DNA of 64,000 bases from a virus (Duplodnaviria > Caudoviricetes): positions 2,199-66,198 of IMG/VR virus record IMGVR_UViG_3300032229_000798. One strand, given 5' to 3'. The position numbers were made by a program, and so were the translations under genes. Under the pieces are notes generated by a model, which was given only the letters and a program-made list of their open reading frames with translations, searched no databases and was not told the DNA's origin. How positions within the stretch are numbered: position 1 is the stretch's first letter; each line of letters opens with the position of its first letter. Below are positions 10,427 through 18,780 of this stretch, piece after piece.

Positions 10427-11000
10427 TCGTGTAAGAATCTTTGTCTTTTAAAGATTTGATTTGTTTTTTTGACCGCTCCGAGTGAACAATAATTTTTTCT
10501 ATAAGTTCTGTATCTGGTGCATAAAAGATACTGTCTTCTGTGTCATAGGTAGATACAATCCCGATTTTAGAGGAAGAAGGAATAAAATCCAAAAGATAAT
10601 AATTCATAACGTCGTTGTTGATATGTTTGTCAATATAAACACAATCCAGTTTCAAATCACTACCTTCGGAATCTACAACCACTTGCTCCATTTCACTGTC
10701 TATAACAACCCCAACGTAATTATTATAAACATATAAAACATTTTTTTCATAATTGAAAAATGTTTCATAACCATAATTATCGAAAAGAAATTTAGTTATA
10801 GTGTCAGCTATAAAGATTTTATCTCGAATATCACCTGTGACAACGAATAACGAAAAACTTTCATCAAAGAAAAGTTTCTTTGCAAAGTAATGGCAAAGCT
10901 CTGTTGTGAGGCCAACTCCTTTGGGTTGGCCCACAATCAACAGCTTTTTATCAAATTCGTCTATGACTGCACCGACTTCTTGAACGTGAATCTTTTTCAT
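10377..11000 (-). CDS. hypothetical protein with a degenerate P-loop (terminase-ATPase-like N-terminus)
   Basis: LIVGQPKGVGLTTELCHY resembles the terminase Walker A region (K.RQ.G.TT). Confidence 0.4.
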   Translation of the reverse strand: MKKIHVQEVGAVIDEFDKKLLIVGQPKGVGLTTELCHYFAKKLFFDESFSLFVVTGDIRDKIFIADTITKFLFDNYGYETFFNYEKNVLYVYNNYVGVVIDSEMEQVVVDSEGSDLKLDCVYIDKHINNDVMNYYLLDFIPSSSKIGIVSTYDTEDSIFYAPDTELIEKIIVHSERSKKQIKSLKDKDSYTIGYEKIIKGEFENEKD

Positions 11001-11449
11001 ACGCCAGTAGAACCAAAGCCTCCTCCACGATTGTTTTCTTCATCAAGACTGTTTACAAGAACAAATTGCGTAGATGGTAGCCTGTAAAACATAATTTGGC
11101 ATACTCTGTCATTGACGTTGTAAATGTTACCGAAACCAAGTTTTGTAAATACTGCTTTCACTTCACCTCGATAACCAGAATCTATAACACCCACACAATT
11201 CGCCAAACTAAGTCCATACTTCATAATAGAACTCCTTGGGAAAATAAGTGCGCACCAACCTTGAGGGATTTCAAGTGCAAAACCAAGGTTGTAGGTAACA
11301 TGGGTGTCTGTTTCTTCCATTTCAGCAGCATAACAATCGTAACAAGCGTCTGTTTCGTTTGCCTTCTGTGGAAGTTGTGTGTTTTCACGAACCTTCATTA
11401 TCTTAATGTCGGTTGTGACTTCAGTTAGATTACATAAAATGTTGCTCAT
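10997..11449 (-). CDS. dut: dUTPase (trimeric)
   Basis: ACYDC, PRSS, GVIDSGYRGEV, RGGGFGSTG motifs. Confidence 0.95.
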   Translation of the reverse strand: MSNILCNLTEVTTDIKIMKVRENTQLPQKANETDACYDCYAAEMEETDTHVTYNLGFALEIPQGWCALIFPRSSIMKYGLSLANCVGVIDSGYRGEVKAVFTKLGFGNIYNVNDRVCQIMFYRLPSTQFVLVNSLDEENNRGGGFGSTGV

Positions 11450-12327
11450 ATTTTTACAGATTTAAGATTTTGAAGATGTTTGAAGAGTTCATATTGGCAA
11501 CGAACATCGTCCTCACAATATGAAACTATTTCATTGATGTCGCAAGCAGCAGAGTAATAATATGATGCCATAGTGCTGCCATTTACAACATGGTCTTTAG
11601 ATGTAGGGATGCCAATTGAAAGTGCAATGGTTTCGAGTGTCGCATCGCCAGTAGTGTTACCGACGCGCCACTCGGTTGCGGTGTCAATAATTTTCTTGTT
11701 CCAAGGCTGCTGGAATGCTTTGTGGAGGAAATCGGGTGTACTAAAGCCGTTGATATTGAGGCGTTTGACCATGTAAGGGATGTCGAAAAATCCAACATTA
11801 TGACCAACAACCCAAATATCAGAATATCTGGCTGAAAGACGCTTGTAAGTCATTTGAACACCGAAAAGGAAGTCTGTCAAAAGTTTTTGCTCTTCTCCCA
11901 CAAAAGAAATAGTATTCAATTCGCCATCTTTAATAGAAGCTATTGAAATACAAATGATTTTACCGTATTCAGGATAAAGGGAAGCAGACTCCAAGTACAA
12001 GTCTTTCGGCTTTGTTTCCATGTTTTTACTGTAGATTTCGTAAATAACATTGTCTGGAATAACATTTTTATTAGAGTTATCAAACTCTTTGAAAACAGCG
12101 TCAATTATTTTTGACTTGGAAGATTCAGAATATTTAATCCATTTTTCTACCTTTTCATCCCAACGGGTCTGCATTTCTTTACTCATACCCTCATAAGAGG
12201 AATATGCAGGGGCAGTTTCAATATCCAGGAAAATACACTGCTCCGCTTTAATCGGAACATTATTTTTCGGATCCCGAAAATAAGGTGAGGTTTCAAACTC
12301 GATTTGTTTTGTGTGTTTGTAAATCAT
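11446..12327 (-). CDS. DnaQ-like 3'-5' exonuclease (PolB-exo related)
   Basis: ExoI FLDIET, ExoII GHNVGFFDIPY, ExoIII YCEDDV. Confidence 0.85.
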   Translation of the reverse strand: MIYKHTKQIEFETSPYFRDPKNNVPIKAEQCIFLDIETAPAYSSYEGMSKEMQTRWDEKVEKWIKYSESSKSKIIDAVFKEFDNSNKNVIPDNVIYEIYSKNMETKPKDLYLESASLYPEYGKIICISIASIKDGELNTISFVGEEQKLLTDFLFGVQMTYKRLSARYSDIWVVGHNVGFFDIPYMVKRLNINGFSTPDFLHKAFQQPWNKKIIDTATEWRVGNTTGDATLETIALSIGIPTSKDHVVNGSTMASYYYSAACDINEIVSYCEDDVRCQYELFKHLQNLKSVKI

Positions 12328-12352
12328 AGTAACAAAAGTTTAAAAGTTTCCG

Positions 12353-12384
12353 CAAAGGTAAGAACCCTAACGGAAACTTTCAAA
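12353..12384 (-). promoter_or_regulatory. Bacteroidota sigma70-type promoter (TTTG-N20-TACCTTTG), overlapping an inverted repeat
   Basis: + strand CAAAGGTA at 12353-12360 and CAAA at 12381-12384; AAAGTTTCCG/CGGAAACTTT stem at 12343-12380 may terminate the upstream gene. Confidence 0.75.
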
Positions 12385-12398
12385 CATTTTTCAGAAAA

Positions 12399-13529
12399 TT
12401 ATTGTAAAAGTTTTCTGTAAACTTCTGCGCGGATAATCGTACTATAATCCAAATTGAATTTGGCTGTAACATATTCATATAGGCTTTCACCCAAGTCCAA
12501 GCGCATTTGTGGGGAATCAATAAGTTGATTCACATATTTTACCCAAAGTTTATGTTCTTTTTTTGGTTCGACCACCAAACAATTTTTACCATGAACGCCG
12601 TCCAAATAAGGCGCAACACCGCTCACAATAATAGGCTTTTTCTTTGAACCAGCCTCAAGCATCTTCAAATTACTTTTACAAGTATTGAACTCGAAACTTT
12701 GAAGTGGTGCAAGACAAACATCAAGTGGGTCGTACAGGTGCATATATGTATGAATAGATTTTGTCCACACCCGTTGATATTCCATATCGTTTTGGAAAGG
12801 ATAAGGAATCTTGTCTTCAAATTCATAAAGATACTCAATAAACTTCTTGTCCCTAAGATTATGATTATCTGTAAACTCCAATTCCATTTTAAGCCATGTA
12901 GAATTTGGACCAGTCTCTTTGGTTACGTTAAAACCACAGAGTTGCATTTGGACGGCTTTTTTGGAAACAGAGGTAAGGGTTCCACGAAGGAGTTTAATAT
13001 CCTCAAGGTGTGACACACCCGCTACATATCCGACATTGACTTTTTCATGCTCATGTTTGATTATCTCAAACTGCTTTTCTTTTACATTAACGGAGTTGGG
13101 AACAACGTAAACATTTTGGTTGAGCTTCCTGATTTTATCTGCGAAGTAATCAGTCGTAGTAATTACCATATCAGCCTTCCTGACACCCTTAACTGTCTTC
13201 TCCTTTAACTTAATCTGTTTTGCCAAGTGAAAGTATGGATGGCTTGGATGGTAGTCCCAGAAGTCATCTATATCCAAAATAAGTTTTACACCGAGGGTTT
13301 TGAGAAATTCGGTTTGGACGGCGATTTGGTCTGCCTGTTCAAGTGAGGCGTGATAAAATAGTGCATCGAATGATTTTACCTTTGCAGTATTAAGAATATC
13401 AACATCATTTCCAAATTCGATATAATAATCTTTGGGAAAAAGATTCTGGAGATGAACGTGTGGATCAATAAGGCGATATTTGTTAATACCTGAATCAATG
13501 TCCCGTACAGGGATTACTAAAATTCTCAT
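12399..13529 (-). CDS. glycosyltransferase, GT4/GT-B-like
   Basis: DIDDFW, ADMVITTT, VVPNSV, LAPL...FNTCKSNLKMLEAG. Confidence 0.85.
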   Translation of the reverse strand: MRILVIPVRDIDSGINKYRLIDPHVHLQNLFPKDYYIEFGNDVDILNTAKVKSFDALFYHASLEQADQIAVQTEFLKTLGVKLILDIDDFWDYHPSHPYFHLAKQIKLKEKTVKGVRKADMVITTTDYFADKIRKLNQNVYVVPNSVNVKEKQFEIIKHEHEKVNVGYVAGVSHLEDIKLLRGTLTSVSKKAVQMQLCGFNVTKETGPNSTWLKMELEFTDNHNLRDKKFIEYLYEFEDKIPYPFQNDMEYQRVWTKSIHTYMHLYDPLDVCLAPLQSFEFNTCKSNLKMLEAGSKKKPIIVSGVAPYLDGVHGKNCLVVEPKKEHKLWVKYVNQLIDSPQMRLDLGESLYEYVTAKFNLDYSTIIRAEVYRKLLQ

Positions 13530-13567
13530 TATCTTTTATATTTTCAACAAATATAAAAAATAATTGA

Positions 13568-13981
13568 TTAATTTGTTTTTACCAAACTCATATTCCCCTT
13601 GAATAAACTGTTACCTACCTTAAAATAAATCACCTGATTGTCCTTAGATTCTTTAAGGATTGTCTTGTCTTTAAGGAATGATGAAAGCTCTTCCCTAAAT
13701 ATCTGCCTTATCTGTGCTTCGGTTAAGGAACTTGTAGTATTACTGGAAATCGGTTCTTTTGAAATACTTGCAAACGGGTCTTGATTTTCACTTAAAAATG
13801 AATCGAAATAGTCGTTTGTTGCGCTGAAAGATTCTTTCGCTGCCCGAAAATCTTGTACTTCATTTTCACCTACTGTCACACCAATATCATCGAGGAAGGA
13901 AGATGAATCACTGGAAAAATCATTTAATAGCGCAGAAGCATCCATTACGAAGTCTTCTGTTTTTGATTTAGTTTTTGCCAT
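13568..13981 (-). CDS. hypothetical protein
   Basis: 137-aa ORF with LTE/LKE motifs. Confidence 0.6.
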   Translation of the reverse strand: MAKTKSKTEDFVMDASALLNDFSSDSSSFLDDIGVTVGENEVQDFRAAKESFSATNDYFDSFLSENQDPFASISKEPISSNTTSSLTEAQIRQIFREELSSFLKDKTILKESKDNQVIYFKVGNSLFKGNMSLVKTN

Positions 13982-14312
13982 AATTGTTATTTGTTTTTAA
14001 TTTAGCTTCCAAGATAGGAAGAAATTCTTTTACCATCACATCAAGAATAAGTTTCCTGAAATAGTCATCCATAGGATGTGTGCTATCTGATTTAGGTTTT
14101 TTATTTTCTTTCACCAAATCAATCTGGGATTGGATATTAAGTAAATAATCCATTTCGACAGGCTGATCCGAAATTATTTCAGAGTCAATATCTTCTTCAA
14201 TTCTTTCCAATTCCTCATATTCTTCATCGTCTAAATTTGTCAAATAGACTGGTGGTTCGAGTTCTATCTCATTTAATTTGGTTCGTGATTTTTTTGAATA
14301 ATTGGTCTCCAT
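13968..14312 (-). CDS. hypothetical acidic protein
   Basis: 114-aa ORF in the array. Confidence 0.55.
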   Translation of the reverse strand: METNYSKKSRTKLNEIELEPPVYLTNLDDEEYEELERIEEDIDSEIISDQPVEMDYLLNIQSQIDLVKENKKPKSDSTHPMDDYFRKLILDVMVKEFLPILEAKLKTNNNYGKN

Positions 14313-14634
14313 ATTTCCTATAATCGTTTCTTATCGTGAAAGGTTCATCCAAAACCTCCCAAGATACAATCTTGTTCACCAAAAATATCTTCCACCCTGG
14401 TTGGATGGTTTGGGTAACTCCACTGACCTGATAAGCCCTGATACCAGCATTATCGGCAATGGTTCTACCCAAAAGATAAGGTTCAATTATCCTTTCTCCT
14501 TTGGGTATATTGTCGTCTCCAAGATAGTTTATTTTGACAAGACTCTTTTGGCCTGTTTTTAATTGTTTCAGAATCTGGCTAAAGGTGATACCCTCATTCA
14601 GTATCGAAACAACTGTTTGTTCAAAATTTATCAC
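14269..14634 (-). CDS. WYL-domain-like protein
   Basis: INYLG...GERIIEPYLLG...IRAYQ...GWKIFLVNKI matches the WYL pattern (R.vePy.l...W+.F++d+I). Confidence 0.6.
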   Translation of the reverse strand: MINFEQTVVSILNEGITFSQILKQLKTGQKSLVKINYLGDDNIPKGERIIEPYLLGRTIADNAGIRAYQVSGVTQTIQPGWKIFLVNKIVSWEVLDEPFTIRNDYRKYGDQLFKKITNQIK

Positions 14635-14661
14635 AAATATAGGATTTTTTTTGTTTTTTGT

Positions 14662-14970
14662 TTACATGAAGCATTCGTATTTGTTGTTTGGGTTATACTC
14701 GTTGACACTGTAGATAGCATTACGGCCACTACCAATCAACGAAGGTACCCCATTAATATCAACAATACTTCCACCGTTGTTGGTATCAAAAGAACCACCA
14801 GTACCCTTGCCTTTGTAGTTAAGGGGGTCATCAATTCCGCCTTGTGCCTGTGTAGCGTTAGGGTGTGTAGAATTGTATTGAAGTCCTGATTGGTCAATAT
14901 AGACATTTTGAGCAACCATTTGTTGCCTTGCCTGATTGGCAATTTCTTCGAGTTTAGTGCAAGATGCCAT
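14662..14970 (-). CDS. hypothetical protein, probably structural
   Basis: 102-aa G/N-rich ORF (YNSTHPNA...KGKGTG). Confidence 0.6.
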   Translation of the reverse strand: MASCTKLEEIANQARQQMVAQNVYIDQSGLQYNSTHPNATQAQGGIDDPLNYKGKGTGGSFDTNNGGSIVDINGVPSLIGSGRNAIYSVNEYNPNNKYECFM

Positions 14971-15355
14971 TTTCTGTTAATTTTTTAAATGTGTTTTCTG
15001 TTATCTTTACCCTTGTTGGGTTTTTGTTAGTGTCTTTTCCGTGTGCTTTCAAATATTGATTGCCCAATCCAGCAGCAGTCTTAAACGCTTTATCTTTTTC
15101 AACACGCTTTCTAAGCATATTCAATTGGCCGTCCACCCACCTATAAAATAAATCCCCCCCGTGCATAAGTTTTTCGCCGTCCAACATCGAAGGATAATTC
15201 TTTTTAAAGTTCTTCAGGTCATCGTATTCCAAATATCCACGCTCAATAAAGTTCTTCAATTGCTGTGAAAATTGCCCTTTGGAAACCTCCCGAAGACGTG
15301 GTAAAAGTGCCTTTGGGAATACAACTTTTACCCCTATTAGATTACTGTTAGCCAT
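14954..15355 (-). CDS. hypothetical protein
   Basis: 133-aa ORF directly downstream of the 64-bp repeat. Confidence 0.6.
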   Translation of the reverse strand: MANSNLIGVKVVFPKALLPRLREVSKGQFSQQLKNFIERGYLEYDDLKNFKKNYPSMLDGEKLMHGGDLFYRWVDGQLNMLRKRVEKDKAFKTAAGLGNQYLKAHGKDTNKNPTRVKITENTFKKLTENGILH

Positions 15356-15401
15356 TTTATTTAAAAATCGTTACAAGTTATTGATTGTCAATGTGTTACA
15401 A

Positions 15402-15465
15402 AGGTTTTTTTGTATTCTGGAGGTGCTAAAAATATATATCTTTAAACTCCCGTAGATTACATTCT
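15402..15465. repeat. 64-bp intergenic repeat, copy 1
   Basis: 62/64 identical to 41777-41840. Confidence 0.95.
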
Positions 15466-15485
15466 AAAAGCGTTCTTTACTCCTT

Positions 15486-15929
15486 TTAAATCTTATTCTT
15501 TATCTCTTCTTTCATAGCGTTGAAATTGGAGTTATCAGTCTTTGTAATGCCTGTGTCAAGGATGCTGTCCAATACAATAAATGCAGCTTCTGTTCTTTGA
15601 TCTTCGTCTTGGATTGCAAGCAGTTTTTGAATTAAATCTTTCAAGGTTATCCTTATGCTATCCAAATTAAGCGGGTCTGAAAGTGCTTCTGAATTTGCAA
15701 TTTCATCTTCATGTATAATCCAGCCGTTTGACGGGTATGGAAAGTAAGAGGATGCTCTGGCAGCTTGTGCAACGTGTGTATCTGTATCCAAAGTCTTTTC
15801 TCCATTCGCTCTCGACCTTGAAATCCCGACCTGCAAACCCATAGAACCAGGAGTATCGTCTGATGCTATTGTCATATCAGCAGACAAGATAGAGGAAAGC
15901 ATATATTCTGGTATTAACACTTTTTTCAT
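15486..15929 (-). CDS. hypothetical protein
   Basis: ATG at 15929 (MKKVLIPE) preferred because the TATTTAT motif lies just upstream. Confidence 0.6.
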   Translation of the reverse strand: MKKVLIPEYMLSSILSADMTIASDDTPGSMGLQVGISRSRANGEKTLDTDTHVAQAARASSYFPYPSNGWIIHEDEIANSEALSDPLNLDSIRITLKDLIQKLLAIQDEDQRTEAAFIVLDSILDTGITKTDNSNFNAMKEEIKNKI

Positions 15930-15960
15930 TTTCAATTTATTTATTAATAAATATAAGCAG

Positions 15961-17604
15961 TTGGCATATATAAACAGCAATTATCATAAGCAACTGGATA
16001 TTAAGTTGTCCAGCATAGATTATTACGATTTGACCTTGTCAGATTATGATTTACTCTGTGGTTGTAACACTCCAGTATTACCCATTGTCTGCATAAATTT
16101 CACTGGAACTACTTTTAACTACGGTGATGAAGTATGGAGTGGGAGTGTTAATGGGTTGGACGGCGAAATAACAGATTTTGGTATAACTGGTTATGATAAC
16201 AGGAGGGTAGCTACATTGGAGTCTGCTTTAGGGGGGTTGGACGGCGATTTTCGGTTCATATTAAAAGCAGTTAGCGGAGATACTTTTGATTACACAATCC
16301 AAAGCGGAAGTCCAATACAATTATGTGGGGGATTTTATCAAGGATTTTATAAACTCGAAGGTCTTGAATATCAAACACTTCCAGACTTTTATAAGGACGG
16401 ATGGACAATAGAACTTTATTTGTCAAGCGGTGGATGCACTGCTTCGGGCAATACATTAAACAATCAATACCCCAATAACAGCGGTATTTTTTATTACTAT
16501 GGTACAAGAGCGGAAAATAAATTCTGTTCATTAAAAGAACATTTACTTGGATATGAGGTAGCAAGCGGTGTTACATTTTTGGATGAATCAATACCCTTGA
16601 CATCTCACATCACACCCCCAGAAGGAGAAAGCTCCTTTTTGTTTTTTAATAGTTCGGGTCTCACCGATTTCTACGAAAACGCAACTGGTGTTACATTTGA
16701 ATTGCCGAACTGTTGTGACGGCTTAAAATACAATGCACTGGCTTTCAGATTAAAAGACAATGGAACAATCGGGTATAGATACCTTGGCACTTCTGGAACT
16801 TGTGTGGATGGCAAATTTGAAGAAGGTTTTCAAGTCTTTGAAAGATACACCACAGAAGCCGTAATAAAAGATGCCAATTACCATTTGGTAAGCATAACAT
16901 TCAGAAGCAACGAACACCACACCTGCAAACCAAATAAACAAACATTTGGTATGTTGAGTATATATGTGGATGGATTTTTGAAAATCAGGGATTACAATTT
17001 CCCAAATATCATCCCATACGCCTTCGATGATCTACCAACGAAAGAATATGGAGTGCCGTATAATATCAGTATCGGCGGTGGAACACAAGGGCTTTTGGAA
17101 ATGCAACAAGACCCTCCTGTAACATACAACGTCTGCGATTATAGTTTCTTTATAGACCAATCACAAGGTATAAGCGGTGTCAGATATGATGGAGTAGATT
17201 ATTATACCCCAACAACATACGGTTTCAATGATGAATTATTGATATTGGATTTCTTGAAATCTGTAATCCCCGAAACAATTGTGTCATTTAGTTACACAAA
17301 AACAGATTTTTATTTGGAATTTAATATGAGATTTGTTGAGGGCGACTTCGAACAAGTCTTTTATGAATTAGTTTTGGATGTAGGTAAGATTCACAATGTT
17401 TGTTCTCCAAACCTGCCACAATATTCACAAGCATACCCCAACAAACAAAATTGTTTTTCTTTCACTACCGACAACAATACTTGTGGGATTTTAGAAGAAA
17501 ATTTTGCTGGTAGCTTTATCGGTAAAATTTCCAAATTCTGTTTGTATGACAAGCCATTAGACATAGAAACAATTCGCTGTAATAATAACATCTATCAAAA
17601 TTAA
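15961..17604 (+). CDS. putative virion structural protein (Cys-rich, LamG/concanavalin-like elements)
   Basis: YHLVSITF...LSIYVDG...ISIGGG...FIGKISKFCLYDKPL resemble LamG; TTG start. Confidence 0.55.
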   Translation: MAYINSNYHKQLDIKLSSIDYYDLTLSDYDLLCGCNTPVLPIVCINFTGTTFNYGDEVWSGSVNGLDGEITDFGITGYDNRRVATLESALGGLDGDFRFILKAVSGDTFDYTIQSGSPIQLCGGFYQGFYKLEGLEYQTLPDFYKDGWTIELYLSSGGCTASGNTLNNQYPNNSGIFYYYGTRAENKFCSLKEHLLGYEVASGVTFLDESIPLTSHITPPEGESSFLFFNSSGLTDFYENATGVTFELPNCCDGLKYNALAFRLKDNGTIGYRYLGTSGTCVDGKFEEGFQVFERYTTEAVIKDANYHLVSITFRSNEHHTCKPNKQTFGMLSIYVDGFLKIRDYNFPNIIPYAFDDLPTKEYGVPYNISIGGGTQGLLEMQQDPPVTYNVCDYSFFIDQSQGISGVRYDGVDYYTPTTYGFNDELLILDFLKSVIPETIVSFSYTKTDFYLEFNMRFVEGDFEQVFYELVLDVGKIHNVCSPNLPQYSQAYPNKQNCFSFTTDNNTCGILEENFAGSFIGKISKFCLYDKPLDIETIRCNNNIYQN

Positions 17605-17607
17605 AAA

Positions 17608-18345
17608 ATGAAAAATTTGAGATTTATTAAAGATGCTGTAATAAAATCTTTGAATGAAGAGAAAACATCAAAAGATTTTGATATAAGACTAAAATGTTTA
17701 CAGACGGCATTGGAACAAGAAATTGATAGATATAATAACGAAAATCTGGATGATAGATGGTCTGATATTAGACAAGAGTTGCGTAGAATTAACAACTATT
17801 TTGAAGACGGATATTTTCATGCAAACAAATATGATGTAGAAAAACAAATGTTTGATTTTTTAAAAAACTTGGATTATAGTAATCAATATAGTTATAAAAA
17901 AGGTACAAAAATTAGGTTATTGCCGAAGACAGACAGTGATGTACCTGTTTACAAAGCAATTGGAGACAAGGTTTTATTCAGAGGTGTTTCTTTGGAAGAT
18001 TGGAACAGGATTAAAAGTCAAGGCTATATTGACAGTGATATGAGAGGTGCGATATTGGAAACAGAAGGAATTAATTTAGGGCAGATTCCAAGCACTGCTT
18101 TATACTATCTTCCAGCTAATAAAGAAGGGGTTATACTTGCAATATCCCCAAAAAATTTGGATTTATATATGTTAGCAGATGAATATATTAGGGTTTTTGA
18201 ACCTATCCCAATAAAAAATGTTTTGAAAGTTTCTGATGTTTTTATAAAAAATGCAACAGGTGGACTTTTAACAACAAACACAGAAGAAAAAGTTAACGAG
18301 ATATTTGAAACATTAAAAAAATTGAATGTTCGTATCAGTTGTTAA
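17608..18345 (+). CDS. putative ADP-ribosyltransferase-fold protein with SLNEE leader
   Basis: VLFRGVS...GINLG...STALYY...GVILAI...DEY pattern. Confidence 0.4.
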   Translation: MKNLRFIKDAVIKSLNEEKTSKDFDIRLKCLQTALEQEIDRYNNENLDDRWSDIRQELRRINNYFEDGYFHANKYDVEKQMFDFLKNLDYSNQYSYKKGTKIRLLPKTDSDVPVYKAIGDKVLFRGVSLEDWNRIKSQGYIDSDMRGAILETEGINLGQIPSTALYYLPANKEGVILAISPKNLDLYMLADEYIRVFEPIPIKNVLKVSDVFIKNATGGLLTTNTEEKVNEIFETLKKLNVRISC

Positions 18346-18361
18346 TAAAAAAATTTAATAT

Positions 18362-18718
18362 ATGAACTTCGCAATCAGAAAAGACAGTATGCTTCCAGTG
18401 TTAACTGTTGAAGTTTCCCAAGACGGATTCCATTCCAGTCGGACAATAAATGAACGATTGCAGAATGCCACCATTTCTTTTTTTATGGAGGAAATTGGTT
18501 CATGTATCCCTATGATACAATGTGGGGAGTGTTGTTTATTTACTACACAACCTTGCAATGAATGCCCAGAGAAGGTTTATATACAATATAAGTGGGGTGC
18601 AAATGACACAAAAAAAGCTGGAAAATATCGTGGATGGTTTGAGATAACATTCCTTGATGATAACAGCACCTTCATCGCACCTGTTAAAGATTCCTTACTG
18701 ATAACAATAATTCCATAA
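18362..18718 (+). CDS. BppU-like baseplate/Ig-fold structural protein
   Basis: FAIRKDSMLPVL...YKWGANDTKKAGKYRGWFEITF. Confidence 0.55.
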   Translation: MNFAIRKDSMLPVLTVEVSQDGFHSSRTINERLQNATISFFMEEIGSCIPMIQCGECCLFTTQPCNECPEKVYIQYKWGANDTKKAGKYRGWFEITFLDDNSTFIAPVKDSLLITIIP

Positions 18719-18722
18719 AAAG

Positions 18723-18754
18723 TTTGTCCACCTGAATTATTCTTCTTACCTTTG
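18723..18754 (+). promoter_or_regulatory. Bacteroidota sigma70-type promoter (TTTG-N20-TACCTTTG) upstream of the DNA polymerase
   Basis: Both the -33 and -7 elements match the consensus with 20-nt spacing. Confidence 0.8.
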
Positions 18755-18780
18755 CGCTGAACATTAAAAATGATACAGAT

